This document shows, one piece after another, positions 29,097 to 39,547 of a DNA stretch of 64,000 bases. The notes under the pieces are model-generated. The model did not search any database and was not told the DNA's origin. It saw only the letters and a list, made by a program, of their open reading frames with translations. The position numbers were made by a program, and so were the translations under genes. The number at the start of each line of letters is the position of its first letter. The first letter of the stretch is position 1. Origin of the DNA: an uncultured Alphaproteobacteria bacterium (lineage in GTDB: Bacteria; Pseudomonadota; Alphaproteobacteria; Micavibrionales; UBA1664); contig CALSUG010000006.1 of NCBI GenBank assembly GCA_943789475.1, forward strand, positions 41,834 to 105,833. The letters are read 5' to 3'.

Positions 29097-30149
29097 CTAA
29101 ATCTGCTCTTTTACCCACTTTGCGATATCTTTTAATGGCAAGACAGCACTACATAATCCTTGTGTTGCAACAGCTCCTGGCATTCCCCATACGACACTTG
29201 TTTCCTGATCTTGTGCGACACAATACCCACCTGATTCAACAACCTTTTTTACACCGCCTGCCCCATCACTTCCCATTCCTGTCAAGATTACCGACAAGAC
29301 CTGTCCTTCATATAACTCATTCAATGATTCAAGCATAGGATCTACAGCGGGTTTACAAAAATTAATAGCTGGACCATCCGTTAGCTCTACCATGACATTA
29401 CCAGATGTATCTTGTACAAATTCCATATGGCGACCGCCTTGGGCAATAATAGCCTTTCCTTTTTCAACCTTCATTCCCTGCAATGCTTCGACACAATTAA
29501 ATCCTGCATTATCGGCAATGTGCTTTGCCAGCAAATTAGTGAATGTCGGTGGCATATGTTGTGTAATAACGACAGGCAAATCTACATCTTTTAATTCACC
29601 CATAAATTCAAATAAAGCCTGAGGCCCTCCCGTTGAACTCCCCACTGCTATAACTTTTGGTTTCCAATGTAATGGAGGCCTAGGCTTTAATGAAAGCGGG
29701 CCAGAAACTTCCATTCCACCAACAATTCCTGTTTTCCTTCCATTCGGTTTCTTAAATTGCTTTACCAATTCAACAAGGCGTATTTTAAATTCTTCCGAGC
29801 CACTGACTTCACCAGTACTTGTTGGTTTTGCAATATAATCTATTGCACCAATACGCATGGCACGCATCGTGATTTCCGCATTATCAACCGTTAGTGTTGA
29901 ACACATAATAACTTTTGCATTTTTATCGTGCTTTATTATGTGTTCTAACGCCGTGATGCCATCCATAACTGGCATTTCAATATCCATGACAACCACATCA
30001 GGTTTTTCTGCCTTGTATTTTTCAACAGCATCAACACCGTCACGGGCAGGCTCTAAAAGTTCAATATCGTCGTCACGGCGCAGAATACTTTTTATTATTC
30101 TTCGTATAACAGCAGAGTCATCAACATGTAAAACACGAATTTTATTCAT
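29097..30149 (-). CDS. cheB: chemotaxis methylesterase
   Basis: Receiver domain plus GSSTGGP, QHMP and LTGMGSDG motifs. Confidence 0.95.
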   Translation of the reverse strand: MNKIRVLHVDDSAVIRRIIKSILRRDDDIELLEPARDGVDAVEKYKAEKPDVVVMDIEMPVMDGITALEHIIKHDKNAKVIMCSTLTVDNAEITMRAMRIGAIDYIAKPTSTGEVSGSEEFKIRLVELVKQFKKPNGRKTGIVGGMEVSGPLSLKPRPPLHWKPKVIAVGSSTGGPQALFEFMGELKDVDLPVVITQHMPPTFTNLLAKHIADNAGFNCVEALQGMKVEKGKAIIAQGGRHMEFVQDTSGNVMVELTDGPAINFCKPAVDPMLESLNELYEGQVLSVILTGMGSDGAGGVKKVVESGGYCVAQDQETSVVWGMPGAVATQGLCSAVLPLKDIAKWVKEQI

Positions 30150-30168
30150 TCACAATCAACCGACCCTT

Positions 30169-30534
30169 CTACAAAAGGCCAGTTTGTTCAAATTTTGTTT
30201 GCACAATGTCACTATCAAACGGTTTCATAATATATTCATTAGCACCTTCTTGAAGTGCTTCCTGGATAAAACTCATCTCATTTTCCGTTGTGCAGAAAAT
30301 AACAATCGGTGTACCGCCGTTACTTTCGGAACGTAGTGCACGTAAAAATTCAATACCTGTCATATTCGGCATATTCCAATCTAATAAAATAGCATCTGGC
30401 ATACTCTCTTTGCATTTTTCAATTGCCACTACACCGTCCTCAGCTTCCTCAGCTTTAAATCCCAAATCTTCCACGATGCGGCGCGCAACTTTTCTTACAA
30501 CACGACTATCATCAACAACCAAACATGTTTTCAT
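30169..30534 (-). CDS. cheY: chemotaxis response regulator
   Basis: Single receiver domain (LVVDDS, DWNMP, KPF) inside the che operon. Confidence 0.9.
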   Translation of the reverse strand: MKTCLVVDDSRVVRKVARRIVEDLGFKAEEAEDGVVAIEKCKESMPDAILLDWNMPNMTGIEFLRALRSESNGGTPIVIFCTTENEMSFIQEALQEGANEYIMKPFDSDIVQTKFEQTGLL

Positions 30535-30585
30535 TTTTTTTCCTTTACGTCAGTTTTTCTTATGTTATCTCTTAGGCATTAACAC

Positions 30586-31095
30586 TTAATGAATAGCCGT
30601 TAATAATTTGGGAACATCCAAAATAATCATCAATTTTCCATCCATACGATAGATTCCCATTGCAATATCACGCCACAAACTATCCAATGTCGGTGGGGCT
30701 GGCTCTATATCCTTATCATCAATAGAAAAAACATCATTCACTGTGTCGATGGTCAAACTATATAGCTCTCCCTTATGCTCAACAACGACACTTAATGGTG
30801 CTTTTTCACCTTTATATTCAGGTAGCCCCAAACTTTTTCGAACATTAATCGCCGTCACAATACGTCCACGAAGATTCAATGCTCCTGAAACTTCTGGTGG
30901 TGCCAAAGGTACTTTTGTCACCTGAATACCACCTAGAACATCTTGAATTTGTAAAACAGGTATTCCAAATGTTTGGTCCGCCAAATTAATTGTTAAATAA
31001 TCGGCGCTCGGTTCAATATCGTCTTGCAACCCCAAACGTTTACGTTTGAAATTTGTAACTTCACCACCTAATGTTGCGCTTTCACTAATACTCAT
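30586..31095 (-). CDS. cheW: chemotaxis coupling protein
   Basis: GALNLRGRIVTAI; own ATG with a GGAG RBS. The apparent fusion to cheA comes from an extra base at 31108-31111. Confidence 0.88.
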   Translation of the reverse strand: MSISESATLGGEVTNFKRKRLGLQDDIEPSADYLTINLADQTFGIPVLQIQDVLGGIQVTKVPLAPPEVSGALNLRGRIVTAINVRKSLGLPEYKGEKAPLSVVVEHKGELYSLTIDTVNDVFSIDDKDIEPAPPTLDSLWRDIAMGIYRMDGKLMIILDVPKLLTAIH

Positions 31096-31097
31096 GA

Positions 31098-33905
31098 TTA
31101 TGCCACTCCCCGCTTTATCTTCTATCGCCTTAGCATGACGCAAAGCATCTGACAGAGCGCTTAACAATGTTTCCCGATCAAATTTTGCAACATACTCATC
31201 AAAACCAACCAACTTTCCACGCTCGACATCTTTATCCGTTGCATGAGATGTAAGTGCAATCAATGGCACCTCTTTCCAACGACCTGATTGAACTTTTTCT
31301 GCAAAATCAAAACCATTCATTTCCGGCATTTCAATATCCGAAATAATAGCGTCAAATTTTTCACCATCTTCCATCATCGACAATGCCTGCAATGGATGCT
31401 CTACCGTTTCAACAGAATATCCCGCAACACCCAAAATTGGCGCCAACATATTGCGGAAAAACGGACTATCATCGACAATTAAAACTCGTTTCTGTGTATC
31501 CATTAAATTCGATTTTTCAGAAAAATCTTCTTCACCATGATCTGCAAACCACTCAGGATATGCCGTTTGTAAATAGTGTCCTACATTAATTACATCCGTG
31601 GCTTTACCATTAATAATCGCGCTCCCTAGGCATGTTTCATCATTTGAGTTCAATTGAACATTAATATAATCTTCTAAAATATCAACAATACTAGACACCA
31701 TTAATCCCATTGTACGACGTCCATCATCGAACACTAACGTTGGCTGAGGAGTTCCTTCATTCAATTCCATCGCAGGATCAAATTTAACTAATGGCATCAA
31801 TGAACCGCGATATTGAACCATCATTTGATCGCCTGAATATTCAATTTTTGCAACATCGACATCTTCTAAACGAGACACTAATTGTAATGGAACTGCTTTT
31901 GGTGTTTCATCATGTGCCTTGAATAACAGCAAGCTTGTTTTTTGCAATCCTTTATGACGTTGAGCTTCTTCTTTCTTCTCAACCGTATCAGACATTGTAA
32001 TATCACCTGTCGCGCGCGCTATTCCACCTGGATCAAGAATCATAATAACCGTTCCATCTCCAAGAATTGTATTACCAGAAAACAATTCAATGTGACGCAA
32101 GACACCTGCAACTGGCTTCACCACAATTTCTTCTGTGTCATACACTTTATCAACAACGATACCGAAAGAATATGCCCCAACCCTTTGTCACGATAATATA
32201 ACTATTATCATTTACTGGCGCCAATTCCTTAGAATCTGACTTCTCAGATTTAACATCCGAACTTTCTTCAATTTTTTGGATTACAGCATCTTCATTTATC
32301 GATTTATTTTCACTTTTCAATTCCAACAAATCATCCAAATGAATAAGCGGTAATAAATGATCGCGCAAGCGGTAAACTGGCGCCCCTTTAATCATTTCTA
32401 TCTTATTAACACCACCAACAGATCCCATAACTAATTCTTGAACCGCTAATTGTGGAATAGCAAATCGTTCCCCCGCAGATTCAATAATTAATGCGGACAC
32501 AATCGCCAATGTCAGTGGAATTTTAATACTAACCGTTGTTCCTTCACCTTCAACAGAATCCAAATCAATTGTTCCACCAATTTTTTCAATATTAGTTCGC
32601 ACAACATCCATACCAACCCCACGGCCAGATACGGCTGTCACTTCAGCAGCGGTTGAAAAACCAGCAGCGAAAATAAATTGGTTAATTTGTTTGGACGTCA
32701 TAGCATCCAATTCAGATGCAGTGGCGACGCCATTTTCAATGGCTTTTTCACGAATACGTGCGGTATTCAACCCCTTACCATCATCCTTAATTTCCATGAT
32801 AATATGACCACCCTCATGAAACGCATTCAAAACAATCGTTGCCCTTTTCAGGTTTTCCAACGGCAAGACGTTCTGCAGGTGTTTCAATTCCGTGATCTGC
32901 AGAATTTCGCACCATATGGGTAAGTGGATCCTTGATTAAATCCAAAACTTGACGATCAAGTTCTGTTTCTTGACCTTCCATATTAAGGTCAATTTTCTTA
33001 TCTAACTCGACTGAAATATCACGAATAATACGTGGTAATTTCGCCCAGGCATTTCCAACAGGTTGCATACGCGTCTTCATGACACCTTCTTGCAAATCCG
33101 ACACAACATGATTCAAACGCTGTAATGACCCATTAAAATTTGTATCCTTAGTATGACGCATAATTTGCATCAACTGATTTCGTGTCAAAACCAATTCCGA
33201 TACCATTGTCATCAGGTTTTCAAGAACATCAACATTAACCCGCAATGATTGAACGGCGGCAGGTGCAGCCGCCTTCACTGGTTTTTCTTCAACTTGACTG
33301 GATGTGCTTTCCGTCACTGCAGGAACAGTTACATCAACATCTTCTTCTACAGAAACCTCTTCTGTTTTCTTTTCAATTGCGTCACCCTCTGGAGCGGGCG
33401 CGTCATTAAATGCCGCTTGCAATATTGCGATGTCATAATCACTCAATCCACCTTCATTTGCAGGATTTGGTTCTTTTGACAATTCACCGTTGGGCACTTC
33501 TTCTCCAGGTGCATCACCACCCTCTTCACGACCCTCATAAACAATATCTAATTTTTCAATAAGATCCGCATCACCACCCTCAGGCTCGGATCCTGTTGTT
33601 TCTATCACTTCGACAATCAATTTAATTTGATCAACAGATTCGAGGATAAGCGTTACGTATTCTTCCTTAACTTCCAAATCACCATCACGAAAACGTCCCA
33701 TAACATTTTCCGCATGATGAGCTAACTTTTCAAGACGACCAAGCCCCAAAAATCCACACGTTCCTTTGATCGTATGCATCAATCGAAATATATTACCAAT
33801 AATTTCAGAATTATTAGGGTCCTGCTCCAGTGTGATTAAATCATTATCAATCAGACCTAGGCTTTCATTCGTTTCAGCAATAAATTCAGATATTAAATCG
33901 TCCAT
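31098..33905 (-). CDS. cheA: hybrid chemotaxis kinase CheA-CheY (frameshifted in this assembly)
   Basis: Hpt (FRLMHTIKG), HATPase (RNSADHG, GRGVGMDVV), two CheW domains and a receiver. Extra bases at 32842-32848, 32181-32183 and 31108-31111. Confidence 0.92.
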
Positions 33906-34049
33906 ATGATACTTCCTTTGCAACTTCCCTTTTACAAATCAATACGTTGTACAAGTGTACCGATTTTTCTTAGATGTGACCATGCCCCAATTATTATTTT
34001 AGGGAATAATACCAGAATACAGGCGAAATCTTACAAAACAGTAAGGATA

Positions 34050-34685
34050 TTATGGAATTTTGATTGCTATTTTAATCGCTTGATCATCACATGAATGTGA
34101 CAATGACAGCCCAAACAAGTTCACATACGCCCGCGTAATATATCCATGAATTGATTTAGGAGACAGGTCTTCCGTTGACATACCATCACCAAGCGCGTCA
34201 ATTGCACCATCCTTTGGCTTTATCAAGTCACCATTTCCACTTACAATCATTTCACCATCAACAATAGAAACAGACACAACACCACCTTTTGGCATTGCCT
34301 CCCCCACAAATACCATTGCATTCAATAATGTCTTCATAAATCCAGCTGGCAAATCACAATCCGGCATATCATTCATCAAATCCCATTCCATAGACAACTT
34401 TGTCCCCGCAACGAAATTTTGAAATGTTTCATAAACCATTTTACCTGTGGTTTTTGAATCACTTCCCCCTGCACCATAACACATACGGAATAACTGAAGT
34501 CGAACAGACGCCTGCTTGGCCGAATGCTCGATCAAGCCCAGGCCATCCTCAAGACCATCCGCACCCATATCATTCAAAAATTCAATACCATTATTCACCG
34601 CACCAACAGGTGAAACCAAATCATGACAAATTTTTGAAATCAAAACTTCACTCGCGCGTGTTGGGATAGAATGATCAATATTCAT
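34050..34685 (-). CDS. chpT: histidine phosphotransferase
   Basis: SKICHDLVSPVGAVNNGIE and RLQLFRMCYG motifs; upstream of cheAY. Confidence 0.9.
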   Translation of the reverse strand: MNIDHSIPTRASEVLISKICHDLVSPVGAVNNGIEFLNDMGADGLEDGLGLIEHSAKQASVRLQLFRMCYGAGGSDSKTTGKMVYETFQNFVAGTKLSMEWDLMNDMPDCDLPAGFMKTLLNAMVFVGEAMPKGGVVSVSIVDGEMIVSGNGDLIKPKDGAIDALGDGMSTEDLSPKSIHGYITRAYVNLFGLSLSHSCDDQAIKIAIKIP

Positions 34686-34708
34686 TTATTTAAACCTTTT
34701 TATTTTTA

Positions 34709-35692
34709 TTATTTTGAAAATAAATGCGCAACCGCATCGCGCTCCTCACGCAATTCTGTTTCCGTTGCTCTCATACGCTCTGATGAAAATTCATCCACCG
34801 ATAACCCTTGAACGATTTCATATTTTCCATCCTTACATACACATGGGTAACCGAAAATAATACCTTCCTTCACTCCGTATGATCCATCGCTTGGAATCGC
34901 CATCGACACCCAGTCACCCTCATTTGTACCCAATGCCCAATTGCGCATATGATCAATTGCCGCCGACGCCGCCGACGCCGCAGATGACGCGCCACGCGCC
35001 TTAATAATCGCTGCACCACGTTGCTGAACTGTCGGAATAAAATCATCCTTGTACCACGCCATATCGATCAAATCGATTGCCGCCGATTTATTAACAACCG
35101 CGTTTGAAATATCAGGATATTGCGTTGAGGAATGATTACCCCAAATTGTCATTTTAGTCACATCCGATGAATGAACATTCACTTTATCCGCCAATTGAGA
35201 CAACGCACGATTATGATCCAAACGCATCATTGCCGTGAAACATTTTGGGTCAAGGTCAGGCGCATTTTGTTGTGCAATTAATGCATTTGTATTCGCCGGA
35301 TTCCCAACAACCAAAACCTTAACATCACGGGATGCATGGTCATTCAACGCTTTCCCTTGTGGGCCAAAGATCGCACCATTGGCCTCTAACAAATCTTTAC
35401 GTTCCATTCCTGGGCCACGCGGACGCGCACCAACCAACAATGCAAAATCAACATCTTTGAACGCTACATTTGGATCATCCGATGTCACCACACCCGCCAA
35501 TGTTGGGAACGCACAATCATTCAATTCCATCACCACACCTTCCAACGCAGGCAGTGCAGGTGTAATCTCCAATAAATGTAAAATCACCGGCTGATCCGCA
35601 CCCAACATCGCTCCCGATGCAATGCGGAATAATAACGCGTATCCAATTTGTCCTGCCGCGCCTGTAACGGCTACTCTTACTGGTGATTTCAT
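34709..35692 (-). CDS. mdh: malate dehydrogenase (dimeric, cytosolic-like clade)
   Basis: [27 protein letters not shown] and WGNHS motifs. Confidence 0.95.
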   Translation of the reverse strand: MKSPVRVAVTGAAGQIGYALLFRIASGAMLGADQPVILHLLEITPALPALEGVVMELNDCAFPTLAGVVTSDDPNVAFKDVDFALLVGARPRGPGMERKDLLEANGAIFGPQGKALNDHASRDVKVLVVGNPANTNALIAQQNAPDLDPKCFTAMMRLDHNRALSQLADKVNVHSSDVTKMTIWGNHSSTQYPDISNAVVNKSAAIDLIDMAWYKDDFIPTVQQRGAAIIKARGASSAASAASAAIDHMRNWALGTNEGDWVSMAIPSDGSYGVKEGIIFGYPCVCKDGKYEIVQGLSVDEFSSERMRATETELREERDAVAHLFSK

Positions 35693-35771
35693 GATGTGTG
35701 ATCCTTTCCCGATTTATCAACAGGTAAAGATTATTCAATCCGCCCCATCATGTAAAGAGATAGAGAAAAAA

Positions 35772-35800
35772 CTTGATTTTTAATTGTCATATCTCTACAT
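35772..35800 (+). promoter_or_regulatory. sigma70-like promoter
   Basis: CTTGAT-N17-CTACAT resembles the alphaproteobacterial CTTGAC-N17-CTATAT consensus; followed by an AGGAG RBS. Confidence 0.55.
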
Positions 35801-35826
35801 TAAAGGAGATTTTTAGGAGAAAATAA

Positions 35827-36522
35827 ATGACAGACCAAAAACCACCATTCTATGGTGATCCAAATATGCTTATGCCCCTTAAGGAATCTGCAGTTTTATC
35901 AATCCGCACAAGAAACGCTCTCATATCAGACAAAAAGATATATATTGCAGACATATTGCAATATCCCCAAAAATGGCTTTTGCGAACTCCCAATTTTGGA
36001 CCTAAAGGCTTAAACGAAGTCCTTATGATGCTGCAAGACATATCCGATGAGACAGCGACCTATGAATTACCTAAAGCGATTGATTTCAACATACTTTTTG
36101 ATGGCAACAAAGATAAAATCGAACAACATTACGGTTTAGGCAACTATCAACCAAAACCCATGCATGGTTTTACCGCAAGCGATTTTAAGGTTGCGAGCTT
36201 TGAAGGCGATGTAAGTGAGGAATCACTGGCTGTCACCTTTGATCTCCCCCCTATGCTTGGCCAAGCTATTAAAGATGATGATATGCCATTTGCATCGCCA
36301 AAAATTGATATCACAATAAACGCCAATCCCGATGATATAACAGTGCAAGCAACAAAAAATACCGAAGCATTTCTAGAAGATCTTTCCGCAAGCTATGCAG
36401 AAACAAACGATGACGCCACACAACTCACAATCTATTTTGAAATGGCACATAATGGAACAAAAATAGATGCAAAAGCTCTTACCGAAAAAATGGCAGCATC
36501 ATTTAAAAAATTAGCACCATAA
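35827..36522 (+). CDS. protein with N-terminal RNA polymerase alpha-CTD-like domain
   Basis: LSIRTRNAL...YIADILQ...LLRTPNFGPKGLNEV followed by an unrelated acidic region. Confidence 0.7.
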   Translation: MTDQKPPFYGDPNMLMPLKESAVLSIRTRNALISDKKIYIADILQYPQKWLLRTPNFGPKGLNEVLMMLQDISDETATYELPKAIDFNILFDGNKDKIEQHYGLGNYQPKPMHGFTASDFKVASFEGDVSEESLAVTFDLPPMLGQAIKDDDMPFASPKIDITINANPDDITVQATKNTEAFLEDLSASYAETNDDATQLTIYFEMAHNGTKIDAKALTEKMAASFKKLAP

Positions 36523-36615
36523 TAAACAACACATAATTCGACAATTTTGCGTTATAATAATGTCATTGATGGCGCATGCACACCATCACAATAAAAATAA
36601 AAAAACCTAAGTCGG

Positions 36616-36676
36616 TTAAGTCGTTTCCTTTAAAATCAATATATTACACATACCAATTTAAACTTAAACGACTTAA
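36616..36676. repeat. 11-bp perfect inverted repeat with 39-bp spacer
   Basis: TTAAGTCGTTT at 36616-36626 and AAACGACTTAA at 36666-36676. Confidence 0.6.
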
Positions 36677-36684
36677 ATACTCAT

Positions 36685-38118
36685 TTAATGGATAGGATTT
36701 GTAAGATCCAAACCTTCCGTACGTAGAATTTCTTGAATACCGTCATATATTTTCGTTAGGTTGGCCTCGTTATCGGCTTCCATACGAATGGTTAGCGCAT
36801 TTTGTGTGTTCGATGCACGGATCAACCACCACCCATAATCATACTCAACACGCACACCATCAATATCAATCACCTTTGCCCCTGACGCATTTTCACGCGC
36901 AAGATTGGCAAGTTTATCAACCGTTTCGAATTTAGTTTCTTCATCCACTTCCAAACGAACCTCTGGTGTTGAACATAATGTTGGCAGATCAGCCGTAAGT
37001 GATGACATTGTACCTTCCGCCGCATTGAATACATTCAACATACGCACCGCACAATATAATCCATCATCAAATCCATACCATGAATCAGAAAAGAAGATAT
37101 GGCCACTCAATTCACCAGAAAGCGGGGATTTTTCTTCAGCCATTTTGGTTTTAATCAGGCTATGGCCCGTCTTCCACATGATTGGGTTACCACCCATTTT
37201 TTCAATGGCTTGATACATTAATGGTGAACATTTCACATCACCAACAATTGTCGCACCCGGATGACGTTTCAAAACATCTTGCGCATATAAAATCAACATT
37301 GTGTCACAACGAATGACCTCACCCTTTTCATTCACAATACCAATACGATCACCATCACCATCAAAAGCTATCCCGATATCACAGTTCTTTTCCGCGACCA
37401 ATTTTTGAAGATCAACGAGGTTTTTATCAACCGTTGGATCGGGGTGATGATTTGGAAAATCACCGTCGACCTCATCATAAATAACAAAATGTTCCCCTGG
37501 TAACTTGGCAACAAGATCCTTTAGTACAGCACCTGCCGCACCATTACCAGCATCCCATGCAACACGTAATTCTTTAAAAGAACTTCCTACGAAATCTTTG
37601 TGCAAACGATTCACGTACTCTTCACGAATATCCAATGAATCTTCGGCACCATAATCACCTGTCGACCAATCCGCCTCACGTGCAATACGGCCAATTTCTT
37701 GAATCATTCCGCCATAAACAGATTTGTTCTGAAGAACCATTTTAAAGCCATTATATTCCGCAGGGTTATGTGACCCTGTAATCATAATCGCCCCATCAAA
37801 TTGACGATCCTTTGCCGCAAAATATGTCATTGGCGTTGGACCAAGTGGAAGACGTGTTACATCAATACCAACGGTACGTAACCCCTGCACAACCGCAGCG
37901 GATAATGCAGGTGAGCTGTGCCGTCCATCAAAACCAACAACAACTGTTTTACCACCTGCACGACGTACCAATGTTCCAAATGATGCACCAATTGCCCATG
38001 CGTCAGCATCCGTTACATTATCACCAACGATTCCACGAATATCATATTCACGCAAAATCAGTGGATCAAAATTATGTGGTTTGCGTGTTGTTTCTTGTTC
38101 AGTTTCAAGCGGCTGCAT
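36685..38118 (-). CDS. phosphomannomutase/phosphoglucomutase
   Basis: REYDIRG, ITGSHNP, DGDGDR and GELSGH motifs. Confidence 0.93.
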   Translation of the reverse strand: MQPLETEQETTRKPHNFDPLILREYDIRGIVGDNVTDADAWAIGASFGTLVRRAGGKTVVVGFDGRHSSPALSAAVVQGLRTVGIDVTRLPLGPTPMTYFAAKDRQFDGAIMITGSHNPAEYNGFKMVLQNKSVYGGMIQEIGRIAREADWSTGDYGAEDSLDIREEYVNRLHKDFVGSSFKELRVAWDAGNGAAGAVLKDLVAKLPGEHFVIYDEVDGDFPNHHPDPTVDKNLVDLQKLVAEKNCDIGIAFDGDGDRIGIVNEKGEVIRCDTMLILYAQDVLKRHPGATIVGDVKCSPLMYQAIEKMGGNPIMWKTGHSLIKTKMAEEKSPLSGELSGHIFFSDSWYGFDDGLYCAVRMLNVFNAAEGTMSSLTADLPTLCSTPEVRLEVDEETKFETVDKLANLARENASGAKVIDIDGVRVEYDYGWWLIRASNTQNALTIRMEADNEANLTKIYDGIQEILRTEGLDLTNPIH

Positions 38119-39013
38119 TTTTACGATCCTTGTTTATATATTTTTTTAATATTTCATGTGTTGCATCACCAAATTCTGGGTCAGCGAGTGCAAAGGCGAT
38201 ATTCGCCTCAATAAATCCAAGGTGATGACCACAGTCATATGTTTCACCCTTTAACTTTACTGATGAAAACGATTGCGTTTCCATTAATTTTTCCATGGCG
38301 TCAGTCAATTGAATTTCACCACCAGCACCAATTTTACGTTCATCCAAAATATCAAATATTTCAGGTTGCAAGATATAACGTCCAAGAATGTGCAGGTTTG
38401 ATGGTGCATCTTCTGGTTTCGGCTTTTCAACCATCGCATTAATCGGCGACACGTCGACACCCTCATTTTCAACATCCAAGATTCCGTATTTGTATGTCAG
38501 GTCACGTGGCACAGGTGAACTTGCAATCACATTTCCACCATGTTGATTATACGCATCAACCATTTGTGCCATGCATCCTTTTTCGCCCAATGTCATCACG
38601 TCGACCAAAAACACAGCAAACGGTTCATCACCAACAAGATTTTTTGCACACCACACAGCATGACCAAGGCCAAGCGCACGTTGCTGCATCGTAATTTGAA
38701 CTTTTCCAGATGGAATATCACTGTGTGATAACTTTTCTAACAACGCTAATTTATCACGGCGCTCCAACTCTTCACGCAATTCTGGTTGAATTTCAAAATG
38801 CTGTGTAATTAATGATTTTCCACGCCCAGAGACAAAAATAAACTCTTCAATTCCTGCTTCCTGCGCTTCCTCTACCGCGCGTTGTATCAACGGTCGATCA
38901 ACAAGGGGGAGCATTTCCTTTGGCATCACCTTTGTCGCTGGCAAAAAACGCGTTCCCAACCCCGCAACGGGAAATACAGCTTTGCGCACTGGCCTTTTCA
39001 TATCTTTATTCAT
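38105..39013 (-). CDS. galU: UTP--glucose-1-phosphate uridylyltransferase
   Basis: FPVAGLGTRFLPATK, VEKP and GEIQLTD motifs. Confidence 0.94.
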   Translation of the reverse strand: MNKDMKRPVRKAVFPVAGLGTRFLPATKVMPKEMLPLVDRPLIQRAVEEAQEAGIEEFIFVSGRGKSLITQHFEIQPELREELERRDKLALLEKLSHSDIPSGKVQITMQQRALGLGHAVWCAKNLVGDEPFAVFLVDVMTLGEKGCMAQMVDAYNQHGGNVIASSPVPRDLTYKYGILDVENEGVDVSPINAMVEKPKPEDAPSNLHILGRYILQPEIFDILDERKIGAGGEIQLTDAMEKLMETQSFSSVKLKGETYDCGHHLGFIEANIAFALADPEFGDATHEILKKYINKDRKNAAA

Positions 39014-39052
39014 GGGGCAAAGAATGCCTCCACAAGGGCAGAAATGCAAGTG

Positions 39053-39541
39053 TTATTTCAATTCTGGGTAAGCCGTTAAAATATAAAAACCCGTTGCATA
39101 GTCATTATCACGAATAAGGACAACACGCGCCTGATTACCTGATCGTGGCGCGCCCCATCCACGTTTTAGGACACGTCCAACATGCGCATCCATTCGATTA
39201 TAAAATGCCTTTTTATGTGATCGTTCAGTATTCAACCATGCTTGTACTAAATCACCACGTTTAATCAAAACAGATCGAACTGCACTTTCCGCCTCAGCCA
39301 TATTATTAAATGTTGATGCCGTTGATACATCCTCACGCTTCAAACGTTGGCGCAGATATTGATCAGATTTTCCAACATGCTTTTCAATGGCATGTCCCTC
39401 GACATCCAATCGTTCAAGAAAACCAACACCATACAATGATGATGGCACCTGTACACGGTAATCCTGCAGCACAAAAACAATGACGACACAAAAAACGAGC
39501 CATAACAGCCCGTTTTTAGATTTTAATAACTTATGTTTCAT
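39053..39541 (-). CDS. membrane-anchored protein with CdiA-CT RNase A-like domain
   Basis: N-terminal TM; GHAIEKHVGKS..YLRQRL, ASTF and ILTAYP motifs. Confidence 0.7.
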   Translation of the reverse strand: MKHKLLKSKNGLLWLVFCVVIVFVLQDYRVQVPSSLYGVGFLERLDVEGHAIEKHVGKSDQYLRQRLKREDVSTASTFNNMAEAESAVRSVLIKRGDLVQAWLNTERSHKKAFYNRMDAHVGRVLKRGWGAPRSGNQARVVLIRDNDYATGFYILTAYPELK

Positions 39542-39547
39542 AGAAGG

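Noticed and set aside
30586-32145. Novel CheW-CheW-receiver-CheW fusion
   Set aside because: Removing one base at 31108-31111 gives a normal cheAY stop followed by an RBS and the cheW ATG; the 5' end is a frameshifted cheA fragment.
33924-34708. CtrA boxes (TTAA-N7-TTAA) near chpT/cheA and other promoters
   Set aside because: No exact match found by eye; near matches elsewhere had the wrong spacing in AT-rich DNA.
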